From the NCBI GenBank assembly GCA_040217195.1, contig JAVJNR010000006.1:96001-160000 (forward strand): a stretch of 64,000 nt of DNA. Reading direction: 5' to 3'. The stretch's first letter is position 1; every line of letters begins with the position of its first letter. Source of the DNA: Leptospiraceae bacterium. Its GTDB lineage: Bacteria; Spirochaetota; Leptospiria; Leptospirales; Leptonemataceae. The translations under genes and the position numbers were made by a program. The notes under the pieces are model-generated. The model was not told where the DNA came from. It saw only the letters and a program-made list of their open reading frames with translations, and searched no databases. Positions 39,045-48,676 of this stretch are shown here, one piece after another.

Positions 39045-39974
39045 ATGCGCATTTCTACTAGAATTTCCGATATGCTGGGCATTGATCTGCCCATTCTGGG
39101 CGCTCCAATGTTTCTGGTCTCCTATCCTGACCTGGTGGTCGCAGTTTCCGAAGCTGGCGGCATTGGTTGCTTCCCGGCGTTGAACTACAGATCCACCGAG
39201 GAGCTACGGGATGGGCTGCAGGAGATCCGGTCCAGAACAAGCAAGCCCATAGGCGTTAACCTGATTCTCTATAAAGATCATAATCCCAACTGGCCCCGTC
39301 AGTTCGAGGTATGCCTGGAAGAGAAAGTAGAGTTGATCATTACATCTCTGGGTTCTCCCAGAACGGTGGTTCAGGAAGCCAAAGCCATCGGGGCTAAAGT
39401 GTTCTGTGATGTGACCACTTTGCGTCATGCAAAGGTGGTGGCCAAGGCTGGAGCCGATGCACTTATCGCAGTAGCCCAGGGAGCCGGTGGTCATGCAGGA
39501 AATATTTCTCCCTATGCATTGATCCCTCAGCTTAAAGCAGAGCTGGATTTGCCTGTTATAGCTGCCGGAGCAATTTCAGACGGAAAGCAAATGGCTGCCT
39601 CTTTATCCCTGGGCGCCGATGCCGTATATCTGGGAACCAGACTCATTGCCACTCCGGAAGCTCAGGCTGCGGAAGGGTATAAAAACATGATTGTGGACTC
39701 CACAGCCGATGATATAGTGTATACTGCGGAAATTTCCGGAATTCCTGCAAACTGGCTGAAAAAGAGCGTAGAAAAAGCAGATGCCCCCTCAAGTATAGCG
39801 GGCGACGAGGACGAATACAAAAGGTGGAGAGATATCTGGTCTGCGGGCCATGGTGTTTCCCAGATTGGAGCAGTTCAGCCAGCTGGTGAAATTATTCGTT
39901 CCATGGCCGAAGAGTATGATGCCATCAGGCAATCTTTGCCCGCACTGGAAGGCGCTGCGGTTCAGTCCAGCTGA
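39045..39974 (+). CDS. Nitronate monooxygenase family flavoprotein
   Basis: APMFLVS, GVNLI, GAGGHAG, IAAGAISDG, YLGTRLIAT, WSAGHGV. Confidence 0.92.
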   Translation: MRISTRISDMLGIDLPILGAPMFLVSYPDLVVAVSEAGGIGCFPALNYRSTEELRDGLQEIRSRTSKPIGVNLILYKDHNPNWPRQFEVCLEEKVELIITSLGSPRTVVQEAKAIGAKVFCDVTTLRHAKVVAKAGADALIAVAQGAGGHAGNISPYALIPQLKAELDLPVIAAGAISDGKQMAASLSLGADAVYLGTRLIATPEAQAAEGYKNMIVDSTADDIVYTAEISGIPANWLKKSVEKADAPSSIAGDEDEYKRWRDIWSAGHGVSQIGAVQPAGEIIRSMAEEYDAIRQSLPALEGAAVQSS

Positions 39975-39988
39975 AGGAGTTTTTTGAA

Positions 39989-40381
39989 ATGCATTCAACC
40001 CATCCTGCCTATGGAAACACTGATTACGGCTATAGCGTGAGCCCAATTGCCATGATGATCAAAAACGCGGAGAATGGAGCCAAATGGGCCAAGTTCTGTG
40101 GCGTGCTAACCATCATCGGTGGCTGTCTCTACTGTCTTGGAATCATTACTGCAACTGTGGGAATTCCAATGATCTTTATGGGACTGCGAGCCATGAAGGC
40201 TTCGGACCGAGTGTTGCACTATCTGCATACAAAGAATCATGAGGATGCACTGGCAAGCCTCACGGAATACGGCAGTTACTTTAAGATTCAGGGAATTCTG
40301 TCACTGGTGGGCATTGCGCTTACTATCGTGGCTTCCTTTATCTATCTAGTAATCGCAATCGTATTGATTGTTAATTCCTGA
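39989..40381 (+). CDS. Small membrane protein (DUF5362-like)
   Basis: KWAKFCGVL...YFKIQGIL pattern with three hydrophobic segments. Confidence 0.7.
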   Translation: MHSTHPAYGNTDYGYSVSPIAMMIKNAENGAKWAKFCGVLTIIGGCLYCLGIITATVGIPMIFMGLRAMKASDRVLHYLHTKNHEDALASLTEYGSYFKIQGILSLVGIALTIVASFIYLVIAIVLIVNS

Positions 40382-40420
40382 TTCTGGTTTCAGACCGAAT
40401 CAGGGAGCCATGGCAGCCAT

Positions 40421-40798
40421 ATGGAGTCCTTAGTTCATAAATCAGCCGTTGCTGTTTCTCTGGTTTTTCTTTTCGTTCTGTCAGGATGTCTTACCGGTCC
40501 CGCGGAGCTGCCAGAAGAATCCGGGGAGGGGCCCTGTTCCTATGAGCTCCTCGTGGATGATCAGCGACGGAACTTGAAAGGAGCCTGTCCTCCGCTTAGA
40601 ATTTCTGCTCTCTGGAAATCCTTTCCTGCATGGTTTCAGGATCGATTTCGCTTTTATCCTGATGAAGTCCTACGGAATAAATTGAGACTCTATTCAGGGC
40701 CAGGGATTTCCAGAACCCTGATTATTGATGGCAAACGCTACGATCTTGTGTCACCTGATTTGATAGTTCGATCAGAAACCCAGATCATGATTGAATAA
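40421..40798 (+). CDS. Hypothetical lipoprotein
   Basis: VLSG-C lipobox after a hydrophobic h-region. Confidence 0.65.
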   Translation: MESLVHKSAVAVSLVFLFVLSGCLTGPAELPEESGEGPCSYELLVDDQRRNLKGACPPLRISALWKSFPAWFQDRFRFYPDEVLRNKLRLYSGPGISRTLIIDGKRYDLVSPDLIVRSETQIMIE

Positions 40799-40903
40799 AT
40801 GATCTATATCCTGTAGTATTCTCATGTCTATGCTACCCAGGGGCACCGTGAGAATTGTAAGAAACTTCAATACTCCCATCTTTCACTAACCCTGTGCATC
40901 CCC

Positions 40904-41323
40904 TTGTTTCTGCTCGGGCAATGTGTCCTGGGCGTCTCCGGAGATGATACCATAAAGGCTGGAAAGGCGGCATCTCAGATGAACAAAGCCATTACTCTGG
41001 CATTACTTCGCTGCCAGGAAGAGAATGGTTCTCAACGGAGCCTTATTGGTACTCCCCCGCAACCGTGTATTGGAGCCACTGAGAAGCAGAAACTCCTCAG
41101 GAGAGACGATGTTGAAAAATGCATTAATACAATTCTATTCTGGCAGTGCAGCGGTGATATTACTCTTGATTCTTTTGCAATGAATCAGGTAGGGATTGGC
41201 TGTCCCGCGCGAAGTGATGCTTTCCTGTTTAACAATCTGGGGCCTCCATGGCAGGGGCACATTCTCTCTATCTCTTCGGGAGATAACGGAACCGGGGGTA
41301 CATTCTATTTCGCCTGTTTTTAG
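40904..41323 (+). CDS. Hypothetical Cys-rich lipoprotein, start unresolved
   Basis: LLGQ-C lipobox; the signal-like sequence continues upstream in frame without an ATG. Confidence 0.5.
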   Translation: MFLLGQCVLGVSGDDTIKAGKAASQMNKAITLALLRCQEENGSQRSLIGTPPQPCIGATEKQKLLRRDDVEKCINTILFWQCSGDITLDSFAMNQVGIGCPARSDAFLFNNLGPPWQGHILSISSGDNGTGGTFYFACF

Positions 41324-41679
41324 ATACTGGCGATGACAGTCATTGATTCCGGGATCTCCTCCTGGATTTCATCAATCGGAGGATCCACGATTTCCGGGTC
41401 TCTTATGCGAAAGCACCTGGTAGAGGTATCAGTCTGGGACCGTTGACTTTGAACCTGATATACAAAAACGTAAAGGTCTTCTGAACCTTCCTGTTTCAGG
41501 AGTTGTGCATTATTGGAAATACTGACGTCGTTGGCACTATGATAGGGATGTGCACTGATGGTTCCATGCATCCAGCGAACAATTGGCAGTTTACTCCGGC
41601 CTCTTCCGCGACTAAGGAATAGCCAGGTCTCATACTGATTTTCTGGGTGCCTGTCGAGGGTTAACTCTAAATTTTCCAT
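41320..41679 (-). CDS. Hypothetical protein
   Basis: ~119-aa ORF filling the gap with plausible composition; no motif recognised. Confidence 0.5.
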   Translation of the reverse strand: MENLELTLDRHPENQYETWLFLSRGRGRSKLPIVRWMHGTISAHPYHSANDVSISNNAQLLKQEGSEDLYVFVYQVQSQRSQTDTSTRCFRIRDPEIVDPPIDEIQEEIPESMTVIASI

Positions 41680-41739
41680 GAATGATTGCTGCCAATCGAC
41701 AAAGAGCAATAAGGGGAGTTGTCTTCTGGAAGGCTAGGC

Positions 41740-41961
41740 TTAAGAAACCATCGAGAATATAGGTTGCGGCTGGACTCCGTTCAAAGCTCCAGAGCTCACT
41801 ACTTGTCCGGTTAAAGAAAAAGGCCCGTGCTGGTTTTGTTCCAGACGGGCCCTGTGTTTGGCATTCCTTTTATAAGTCTTGCCCGATGGTTTTACTTTGT
41901 TGGGTGGTAGGGTCTGTTTTCGCGCCTGTGCGCGAATGACCTTCAAGGTTTCACGCTTCAT
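41740..41961 (-). CDS. Putative ArfA/BrfA-like alternative ribosome-rescue factor
   Basis: 73 aa, Lys/Arg-rich N-terminal half, motif KVKPSGKTYKRNAKH; internal terminator directly after the KH codons. Confidence 0.65.
   Translation of the reverse strand: MKRETLKVIRAQARKQTLPPNKVKPSGKTYKRNAKHRARLEQNQHGPFSLTGQVVSSGALNGVQPQPIFSMVS
41813..41853 (-). terminator. Intragenic intrinsic terminator
   Basis: RNA GGCCCGU-CUGG-aacaaaa-CCAG-c-ACGGGCC followed by UUUUUCUUU, about 70 nt before the ORF stop codon. Confidence 0.8.
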
Positions 41962-42481
41962 ATAATAATAGACGGACCTGCGCCGGGAAATTGCAAGATT
42001 TTTTCAACGAATTGCATTATCATGATCGATCATCGAAGATCGAAAATCGATGATCCTTGACCTCTGACTCTGAATCATACCTGCCAGGGATCATTACCTG
42101 CAGCATTCCTGTGTATGTTCGGAAGGAAGTTGGATTCATGGTCTCCTATTGCCGGGGTTTTGGGCCAGCTGAAAACGGAATAACGAACGTCCGACTAATT
42201 GAAATGGCCAGCCCGTAGATTGGGAGTTTTGGCCGGCGATGGGCCCATATCCAGATTCCACCGCTCCAGGCTGAATTTGAATCTATTTTTGCTATTTGTC
42301 CTGGCATGTGTAGATTCGCTTTTTCTTTGTCAGAATGACCTGGATTTTGCATCTGGTTTGAGTTAGTTCCTCGGGGCTCCGGGCGATTTTCTTAGCCGAT
42401 TGATTGTGCAAGTATTGAATCCTTAGTTGTTAATAGGCTACCCGGGGCTGGCATTTCCGTAGTCTTCAGGTCTCACAGCGA

Positions 42482-45400
42482 ATGGTTTCTCCAAAAACAA
42501 AAATTCTCGGAATAGCTCTGGCAGCCATTCTGCTTGGCCCTTCCTCCTCCTGCGTAAATGACTATCCGGACGAGCCGTTCTTACTGTTCAGCCCTCAGCT
42601 TGCCTTCACTCTGGGCGGTGAGGTCCTGGGATTGAATGGTAGTTTGACTCTATCGAATAATGGCACAGATTCTCTGGAAATCAGTTCAGACGGAGAGTTT
42701 CAATTCCCGAATCAGTACGCTTCCGGCAGTCCTTACAACGTTCAAATTACAGACTCTCCCATGAACCAGCAGTGTACTGTTAGCTCTGGAGACGGAGTGA
42801 TGCACGGCAATGTCACCACAGTCTTTGTTGAGTGCGAGGACACCGCAGTAACCATCGACAATATTCAGCGCCCCTATTTAAGCTCCCAGGGTGGAGCGCA
42901 CAATACATCCACTTTTGACTGGACTCCGGAATACACAGAGAATTTCGAGATTCGCATTGGAGCCGATTGTAGTACCGGCGCCCTCAGTACCTGGACAAAC
43001 AACTCCGGAACTACAACTACAGGAGTTCAGCAGACCAGTGGAATTAATCAGACAGATCTTGTGCCGGGCCCAAATACAATTCATGTTTGTATTCTGGACG
43101 GTTTTTCCAATGTAATCGATTCCAACAGCTTTACAATTGTGCGCGATGATGTAAGCCCCACCGTTACGCTTTCAGCGACCACCGGTAGTTTTGATTCTGC
43201 GCAGTCCATCAGTGTTACATGCACCGATTCTCCCAGCGGTTGTAATGCCACTGTATTCACTATTCAAGATGTGGCCCTTCCTGGAACGGCCAATCCGGCC
43301 GATCCAGCTGTTACTACGAATGGAACTCCTACCACAGGTGCCCTTTATTCAGTGCCTCTCAATGCGGCGAATCTTAGAAATACTCAGTTGGAAGTTATAG
43401 CAATTGATCGTGCCGGGAATCGATCTGCCATACAGATCGGGAATTACACCGTTGATACAACCTTGCCTGCTCTGACGATAACAGGGCTTACCAGAGACTT
43501 TATCAGCAACACAGCCGGCGCTCCGTACAACAGTTCGGATATCAGCTGGACTTCCAATCGGTCTAACCTGGATTACTTCATCTGGTACGGTGCCACCGAT
43601 TGCCAGGGTTCCGGAGGGACCTTGATTACAAATGGCACAACAGCCGGTGCAGGCGATACAATTACCATTAATGCGGCAGCCATTCCGGTGGGAGCCCAGA
43701 CCATCACTGTAGCCGAGAGAAACTTTGCGGGTTTTTACGGATGTCAGACCACCAGCCTGACGAGAGACGATACTCCGCCAACGGTGGTGGCCGGAGGAAC
43801 ATCGAACGGAGGGGCAATTGCGTATAATGGTGACATAGATATTCGGCTGAGTGAGCAGATCGACCCTGGCTCCATCTCGGTGGGTGGAGGAGACATGGAT
43901 GCTGAGGCCAGTCTGCCGCCAGTGATTGGCACTACCTCCAACCCGGATGATACAATTCAAATCTATCCCATGTCCAACTGGACAGCTGGCCTGGGTCGCA
44001 CTGTGGATGTTGATGTACGCGATCGGGCGGGAAATCTACTGACCTTGAATTGGAGCCTGGATCTGCCGGATGGAACGGTGGAACCCATGTATGCTGCAGC
44101 ACCTGACTGGAATCAACACATTAGAAATGATGGAAGCTTTATATATGATGCTGCAGGCACAGCCTGCGACGGTAGCGAAACTGGATTCATAACAGCCTGC
44201 CTGCATGGCGGAGAACTTAGAAAAGTGCAGGTTCTTAATGAAACCAGCTGCGCCGGGCTTACGGCCACCGATACCAATGGATGGTTTGAATGGGCCTGTT
44301 ACGATCCTCCCGGGCCGGGGCCTGTGGAAATGTATACAATTCGCAGAAGTAGTTCACTGCGTCAGTATATCAACTTTGGTACCCAGGTCTGGCTGACCAA
44401 TGACGTTAACGTAAGTAATGGATTTAGCACTCCGGCCACGGCCTGGTGGGGAAATCCAATTCAAGCTGTGCCTTCCACCGGGATTAGCATGAATACATCG
44501 GGTGCCATATATGTTACGACTGGTAATGTGACTATGACCGGCGCTATTTCTGCGCTAAGCGACAATGTGTCCTTTGTATCTGCGCCGGGAACATCCATTC
44601 TGACAAATGTGGCGGCTCATCAAATCAGCGTGAACAATCAACGATTTGTCTGGCTCGAGGCTACCATGAATCATATAGATGGTACCGGTTCTTCTTCGGG
44701 CATTTTTATCCGGGATTCTGCCTTTATTACTGTAGAAAACTCTAAATTGGCCAATTACCGTGGCTTCAGCAACACAGGTCAAATTCGCATAATCCATAGC
44801 CGGGCTCTATTGCTACGTAACCTCATCGTGGCCAACAATCCAGGCGAACACGGCATCAGTTTTTATGCAGATACTTCAGACAGTCACCATGTTTGGATCG
44901 ATCGGTCTCGAATCTTCAATAACGCCGCTCATGGGCTCTATTACCGGTCCCAGGGTGCCAATGTAGTTCGCGACATGCTGGTTACGCGCTCCATGATTCA
45001 CAACAACGACGGCGGCGGTCTCTACGCAAACCGGGGGATTGCCAATTCCCTGATTATGAACTCCCTATTTGCCAACAATGGCGGTACCGGCGTAAATCTA
45101 TTTGGCACCGGGCCTTCGGGCGGAAATAATACCATGGTCAACATAGTATCGATCAACAATGCCGGTGGTGGCATAGTGCCCGGCGACAACAGTCAGTTTA
45201 TCAATCTCGGGCTTTCTGACAATGGTGGCGCTGACGTGATGGCACCGGCGGGAACCGGTAATTATTATTCCGGGGAGCTTTATTCAGGTACTACCGGAAT
45301 TGGCGACAATGCGGATGGTCGATGTATCTCCTCCGGAGCCGGTTCAGGCATGGCTAACGATGATGATTGTTCACCGGAAGGGCCTTCCGACCATACTGTA

Positions 45401-45919
45401 GTTAGCGCTTTCGATCTTGCAGATCAGTTTGTGGGTCCGAACGGTGGGGCCGGGCTCTATAATATTGGAAATAACTGGTTTGCTGTGGCCAATGATTATT
45501 CCGGAATCGGCAACTCTTCCACACTTGTGCCGGCATATCCGGCCAATAGCTACCGGGAACGATGCGATGGCACATTGTTGACCGGATGTCGCGAGTTTGA
45601 TTGGCACCTCGTGAATTCAGCTCCTTCTCCTGGATTTCGTAACGCTTTAAGCTGTCCGGATGGACTTTCGGTGCAGGATGTTACTCATACTTTTTCATCT
45701 GGTAGCTATACTTTTTTGAGAAACTCTTATGCTCTGGAAACAGATGCCCAGTGGGATCTACCTATGTGCATGGGAAATGAAGCCTGTCTATATACTCCCA
45801 ATCTTGGTCCCTACCAGGGCCATGCAGGGCTTACAGATTCCGGCTGTCCGGACCTGGCCGGTCACCCCACCTTTGGTAACGTGGATCTCCAGGAATTCGG
45901 AACCAACGGTGTGCCCTGA
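42482..45919 (+). CDS. Large surface lipoprotein with Ig-like domains and right-handed beta-helix
   Basis: PSSS-C lipobox; Thr/Gly/Asn-rich; two DRAGN Ig-like motifs; Asn-ladder repeats (IFNNAAHGL, IHNNDGGGL, FANNGGTGV, INNAGGGI); Cys-rich C-terminus. Confidence 0.8.
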   Translation: MVSPKTKILGIALAAILLGPSSSCVNDYPDEPFLLFSPQLAFTLGGEVLGLNGSLTLSNNGTDSLEISSDGEFQFPNQYASGSPYNVQITDSPMNQQCTVSSGDGVMHGNVTTVFVECEDTAVTIDNIQRPYLSSQGGAHNTSTFDWTPEYTENFEIRIGADCSTGALSTWTNNSGTTTTGVQQTSGINQTDLVPGPNTIHVCILDGFSNVIDSNSFTIVRDDVSPTVTLSATTGSFDSAQSISVTCTDSPSGCNATVFTIQDVALPGTANPADPAVTTNGTPTTGALYSVPLNAANLRNTQLEVIAIDRAGNRSAIQIGNYTVDTTLPALTITGLTRDFISNTAGAPYNSSDISWTSNRSNLDYFIWYGATDCQGSGGTLITNGTTAGAGDTITINAAAIPVGAQTITVAERNFAGFYGCQTTSLTRDDTPPTVVAGGTSNGGAIAYNGDIDIRLSEQIDPGSISVGGGDMDAEASLPPVIGTTSNPDDTIQIYPMSNWTAGLGRTVDVDVRDRAGNLLTLNWSLDLPDGTVEPMYAAAPDWNQHIRNDGSFIYDAAGTACDGSETGFITACLHGGELRKVQVLNETSCAGLTATDTNGWFEWACYDPPGPGPVEMYTIRRSSSLRQYINFGTQVWLTNDVNVSNGFSTPATAWWGNPIQAVPSTGISMNTSGAIYVTTGNVTMTGAISALSDNVSFVSAPGTSILTNVAAHQISVNNQRFVWLEATMNHIDGTGSSSGIFIRDSAFITVENSKLANYRGFSNTGQIRIIHSRALLLRNLIVANNPGEHGISFYADTSDSHHVWIDRSRIFNNAAHGLYYRSQGANVVRDMLVTRSMIHNNDGGGLYANRGIANSLIMNSLFANNGGTGVNLFGTGPSGGNNTMVNIVSINNAGGGIVPGDNSQFINLGLSDNGGADVMAPAGTGNYYSGELYSGTTGIGDNADGRCISSGAGSGMANDDDCSPEGPSDHTVVSAFDLADQFVGPNGGAGLYNIGNNWFAVANDYSGIGNSSTLVPAYPANSYRERCDGTLLTGCREFDWHLVNSAPSPGFRNALSCPDGLSVQDVTHTFSSGSYTFLRNSYALETDAQWDLPMCMGNEACLYTPNLGPYQGHAGLTDSGCPDLAGHPTFGNVDLQEFGTNGVP

Positions 45920-45943
45920 TTAAAGCCAATCGTCGCGCCTAAC

Positions 45944-48676
45944 CTAACCGGCCGGCATTCGATTCACCAGATTGCGCAACCTCTGCACTTCCGGACTATG
46001 TTCCAGTTCTTCCAGAATAGTGAGCAACCGCATGGATTGGTCGGTCTGTCCTCTTAGCCTATAGATATCAGCAAGATTTACCAGGTTTCGGACATGCTGC
46101 GGATTTCGCAGTCTACATCGCTCCGCCAGATCTGTTGCATGGATCAAATGCCCGGATCGCTTGAGCTTCAATGCAGCGCGAAAAAGTAAATCCTCATCCA
46201 CAGGATTGAATCTGTGGATCTGCGCGATAGAAAAGGAAGAGTGATGCCCATTGCTGATCGTCTGGCCTGGCAGGGAGTCCACGTTCGCAGGCGATTTCTC
46301 CCAATCCATTGGAGCTTCATCTATTTGATTCGGGTCCGAACCTCTGGAAACCGGCAAATCAGGGTCGAATCGAATAGAAAGAAGACTGAGATCATCCGTG
46401 ATTTCTCCATTGCTGCGAATCCTTGTTTCTATTTCAGGCAAATCCGCCTGCGTATGCTCTACGAATTTCAAAAACTGAAGTTCATCTTCATTCATCAATG
46501 GATCGGTCCGTCCTTCGGTAATATAGAGCCAGTCATCTCTACCGTCGGAGCCTGCAACCAGGGTATCCCCGGGTTGCAGCGCCAGACAGGAAATCTGAAT
46601 GTCACCGAAACCATCCACCATGCCAATCTTGGGATGGATGGGCTCTTCCGTGAATGAAGCGGCGCCCTGACGAAATAATACCGGTCGTGGATGCTCAAAG
46701 TTCGCATAGTAGAGCAGACCGGATTCATTGTCCACCAGGCCAATCACCGCAGAAATCATCATACTTCCATCGAAAGATACAAAGACGCTCTGAAGCTCAA
46801 GAAAGCATTGCTTCAGCCATTGCTCTGGATAATGATTTCTTGCAGCCGCTGCATTTCGGGTTCTCTGCACCAGGGCGCGAAATACTGTTCCCATAACCAG
46901 GCCGCCGCCCGCACCCTGCATGGATTTTCCCATGGCATCTCCGTTTGCAAAAAGAGTGTAATCTCGACCCAGCAGACTAATTGTATGCACCGAACAGTAA
47001 TCGCCCCCTATTTCACCGGTCCATTTTCGAAACTCAAATTTCTTCTTCTGTCGAATCAGCATCTCTGCAGATACAGAGCTACCTTCCTGGATTTCATTTT
47101 TCCAGAGTGGAGTGAGCAATAGCGAGGTCAGGAAGTAGTCCCCATCCTGTCTTTCTTTTATGAGCCTCAACTTGTCGTATGATTGATTCAGCTGCTCGGT
47201 TCTTTCTTCAACCCGGGCTTCCAGGGTTTCATTCAATTGTTCTACGCGATTGTGCAGTCCCATAAACCGACTGGCCAGCATGATGGCAATACCCAGAATA
47301 AAACTGGCGAAGGCATAGGGTGCCAGATCGATTCCAGTTTCTATAAGTCGAACCTCTAGAAAAATATCATGCAGTGCTCCGGCTGTAAGTAATAGAGTAC
47401 CCAGGGATAGATATTTCGCATCCAGGTTACCTTCCCTTGCCGCTCGCACAATATAGTAGCCCAGATAGATTAAGAAGGGCAATGCCAGGATCATCCAGAT
47501 TTCCAGGCTCAGCCTTACTACGGGGAACTGACCGAGCAAGGTAGAGATTCCCAGTAATCCGCCCAGTCCGGCCATGGCCAGTGCAGATCGACTATATTTG
47601 CGATAGAACAAATGTGAAAGAAACAGCAATAGCAAAGGGAGCAAACTGAAGAGTAATAAATGCTCTACTCTGTTTCTCCAGATTGGTACGGCAAAATCGC
47701 GTATAAATCCTGTCTGGCTTAGCCACATGCCTGCAGCTGCAATGCAGAATAATCCGAAGAACAGATTATGCTTCTCTGATCTTCGTCTGGAGAATAGTAA
47801 CAGATGGTAGAAGCCCACCAGGAAATAAGAAGAGAGTAGAAGCAGATGGATGATTTCATCCGTGTAGAATCGTCTTAGAATTTCGCCTGCCGGTCCCAGG
47901 GCCATTTCTGTTTCTCTAACTCGAAGAGGGTAGTTCCCATTGGTATACAGCGCAATCGTAACGTACTTTGGCCCCCGGGATTCCTGGAGGTCTTCTGCAT
48001 TGAAGACAGCGGGGCTGAGATTAAGCACTTTTAACAGCGGAATACGATCGCCGGAGGAGTAGGGATCTACAGTACCGGTCTGGCCAATCTTCTGCTGACC
48101 AACATAAAAAATAGCTACGTCCGTGACTTCGCCGCTGTAGAATGCCACAGGCTCTCCGCTGGAAAGCAAGGTCCTTATCTCCTCAGAGAGGGGTTTTCGA
48201 ATGGTGACCCAGCCTTCGTAGAATTGAAGTAAGGATTCTCGCTCCGTGATATTTCCAGGAAGATGAATCTCCTTCCAGCCATCAGCAGCCTCGGATGCAA
48301 GCCAGGCCGGATCCCAGCCTTTTTTGTATTCCCAGATTCCGGTTAATGAAAATGGATCGGACTTTTCGTTTCCATTTTCGGAGTAGATTTGATTGGGCTC
48401 TCCTGGACTTTCGCTGGAGCCCTCCGGTCCGGTCCGTCTGGAGTCTTCGCTCAGGGGGGGAGCTTCTGCAGAAACAGGAAGTCCGGGAATTAGCATAATA
48501 CAGCAAAAGGCAGCCAGGAGAAGCTGCCTTAGAGGAAAGCGGGCCAAATAAATGGTTGGTAAGAATGGATGGAATCGGCCACGGCGCATTTCTCTATGAG
48601 GCCTTCTGCGAATCCATCCGTCAATAAATTGCCTCCCCATAGTAACTATGGGGAGGCCAGTTTTGGAGTGCCTCAT
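45944..48676 (-). CDS. SpoIIE/PP2C phosphatase with 7TM-DISM sensor and C-terminal TPR
   Basis: Extracellular LTGIWEYKKG jelly-roll, 7 TM helices, coiled coil, GGDY, GDAMGKS, SDG, DDLS; start uncertain (48676 gives an ATGA overlap, 48589 is the alternative). Confidence 0.88.
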   Translation of the reverse strand: MRHSKTGLPIVTMGRQFIDGWIRRRPHREMRRGRFHPFLPTIYLARFPLRQLLLAAFCCIMLIPGLPVSAEAPPLSEDSRRTGPEGSSESPGEPNQIYSENGNEKSDPFSLTGIWEYKKGWDPAWLASEAADGWKEIHLPGNITERESLLQFYEGWVTIRKPLSEEIRTLLSSGEPVAFYSGEVTDVAIFYVGQQKIGQTGTVDPYSSGDRIPLLKVLNLSPAVFNAEDLQESRGPKYVTIALYTNGNYPLRVRETEMALGPAGEILRRFYTDEIIHLLLLSSYFLVGFYHLLLFSRRRSEKHNLFFGLFCIAAAGMWLSQTGFIRDFAVPIWRNRVEHLLLFSLLPLLLLFLSHLFYRKYSRSALAMAGLGGLLGISTLLGQFPVVRLSLEIWMILALPFLIYLGYYIVRAAREGNLDAKYLSLGTLLLTAGALHDIFLEVRLIETGIDLAPYAFASFILGIAIMLASRFMGLHNRVEQLNETLEARVEERTEQLNQSYDKLRLIKERQDGDYFLTSLLLTPLWKNEIQEGSSVSAEMLIRQKKKFEFRKWTGEIGGDYCSVHTISLLGRDYTLFANGDAMGKSMQGAGGGLVMGTVFRALVQRTRNAAAARNHYPEQWLKQCFLELQSVFVSFDGSMMISAVIGLVDNESGLLYYANFEHPRPVLFRQGAASFTEEPIHPKIGMVDGFGDIQISCLALQPGDTLVAGSDGRDDWLYITEGRTDPLMNEDELQFLKFVEHTQADLPEIETRIRSNGEITDDLSLLSIRFDPDLPVSRGSDPNQIDEAPMDWEKSPANVDSLPGQTISNGHHSSFSIAQIHRFNPVDEDLLFRAALKLKRSGHLIHATDLAERCRLRNPQHVRNLVNLADIYRLRGQTDQSMRLLTILEELEHSPEVQRLRNLVNRMPAG

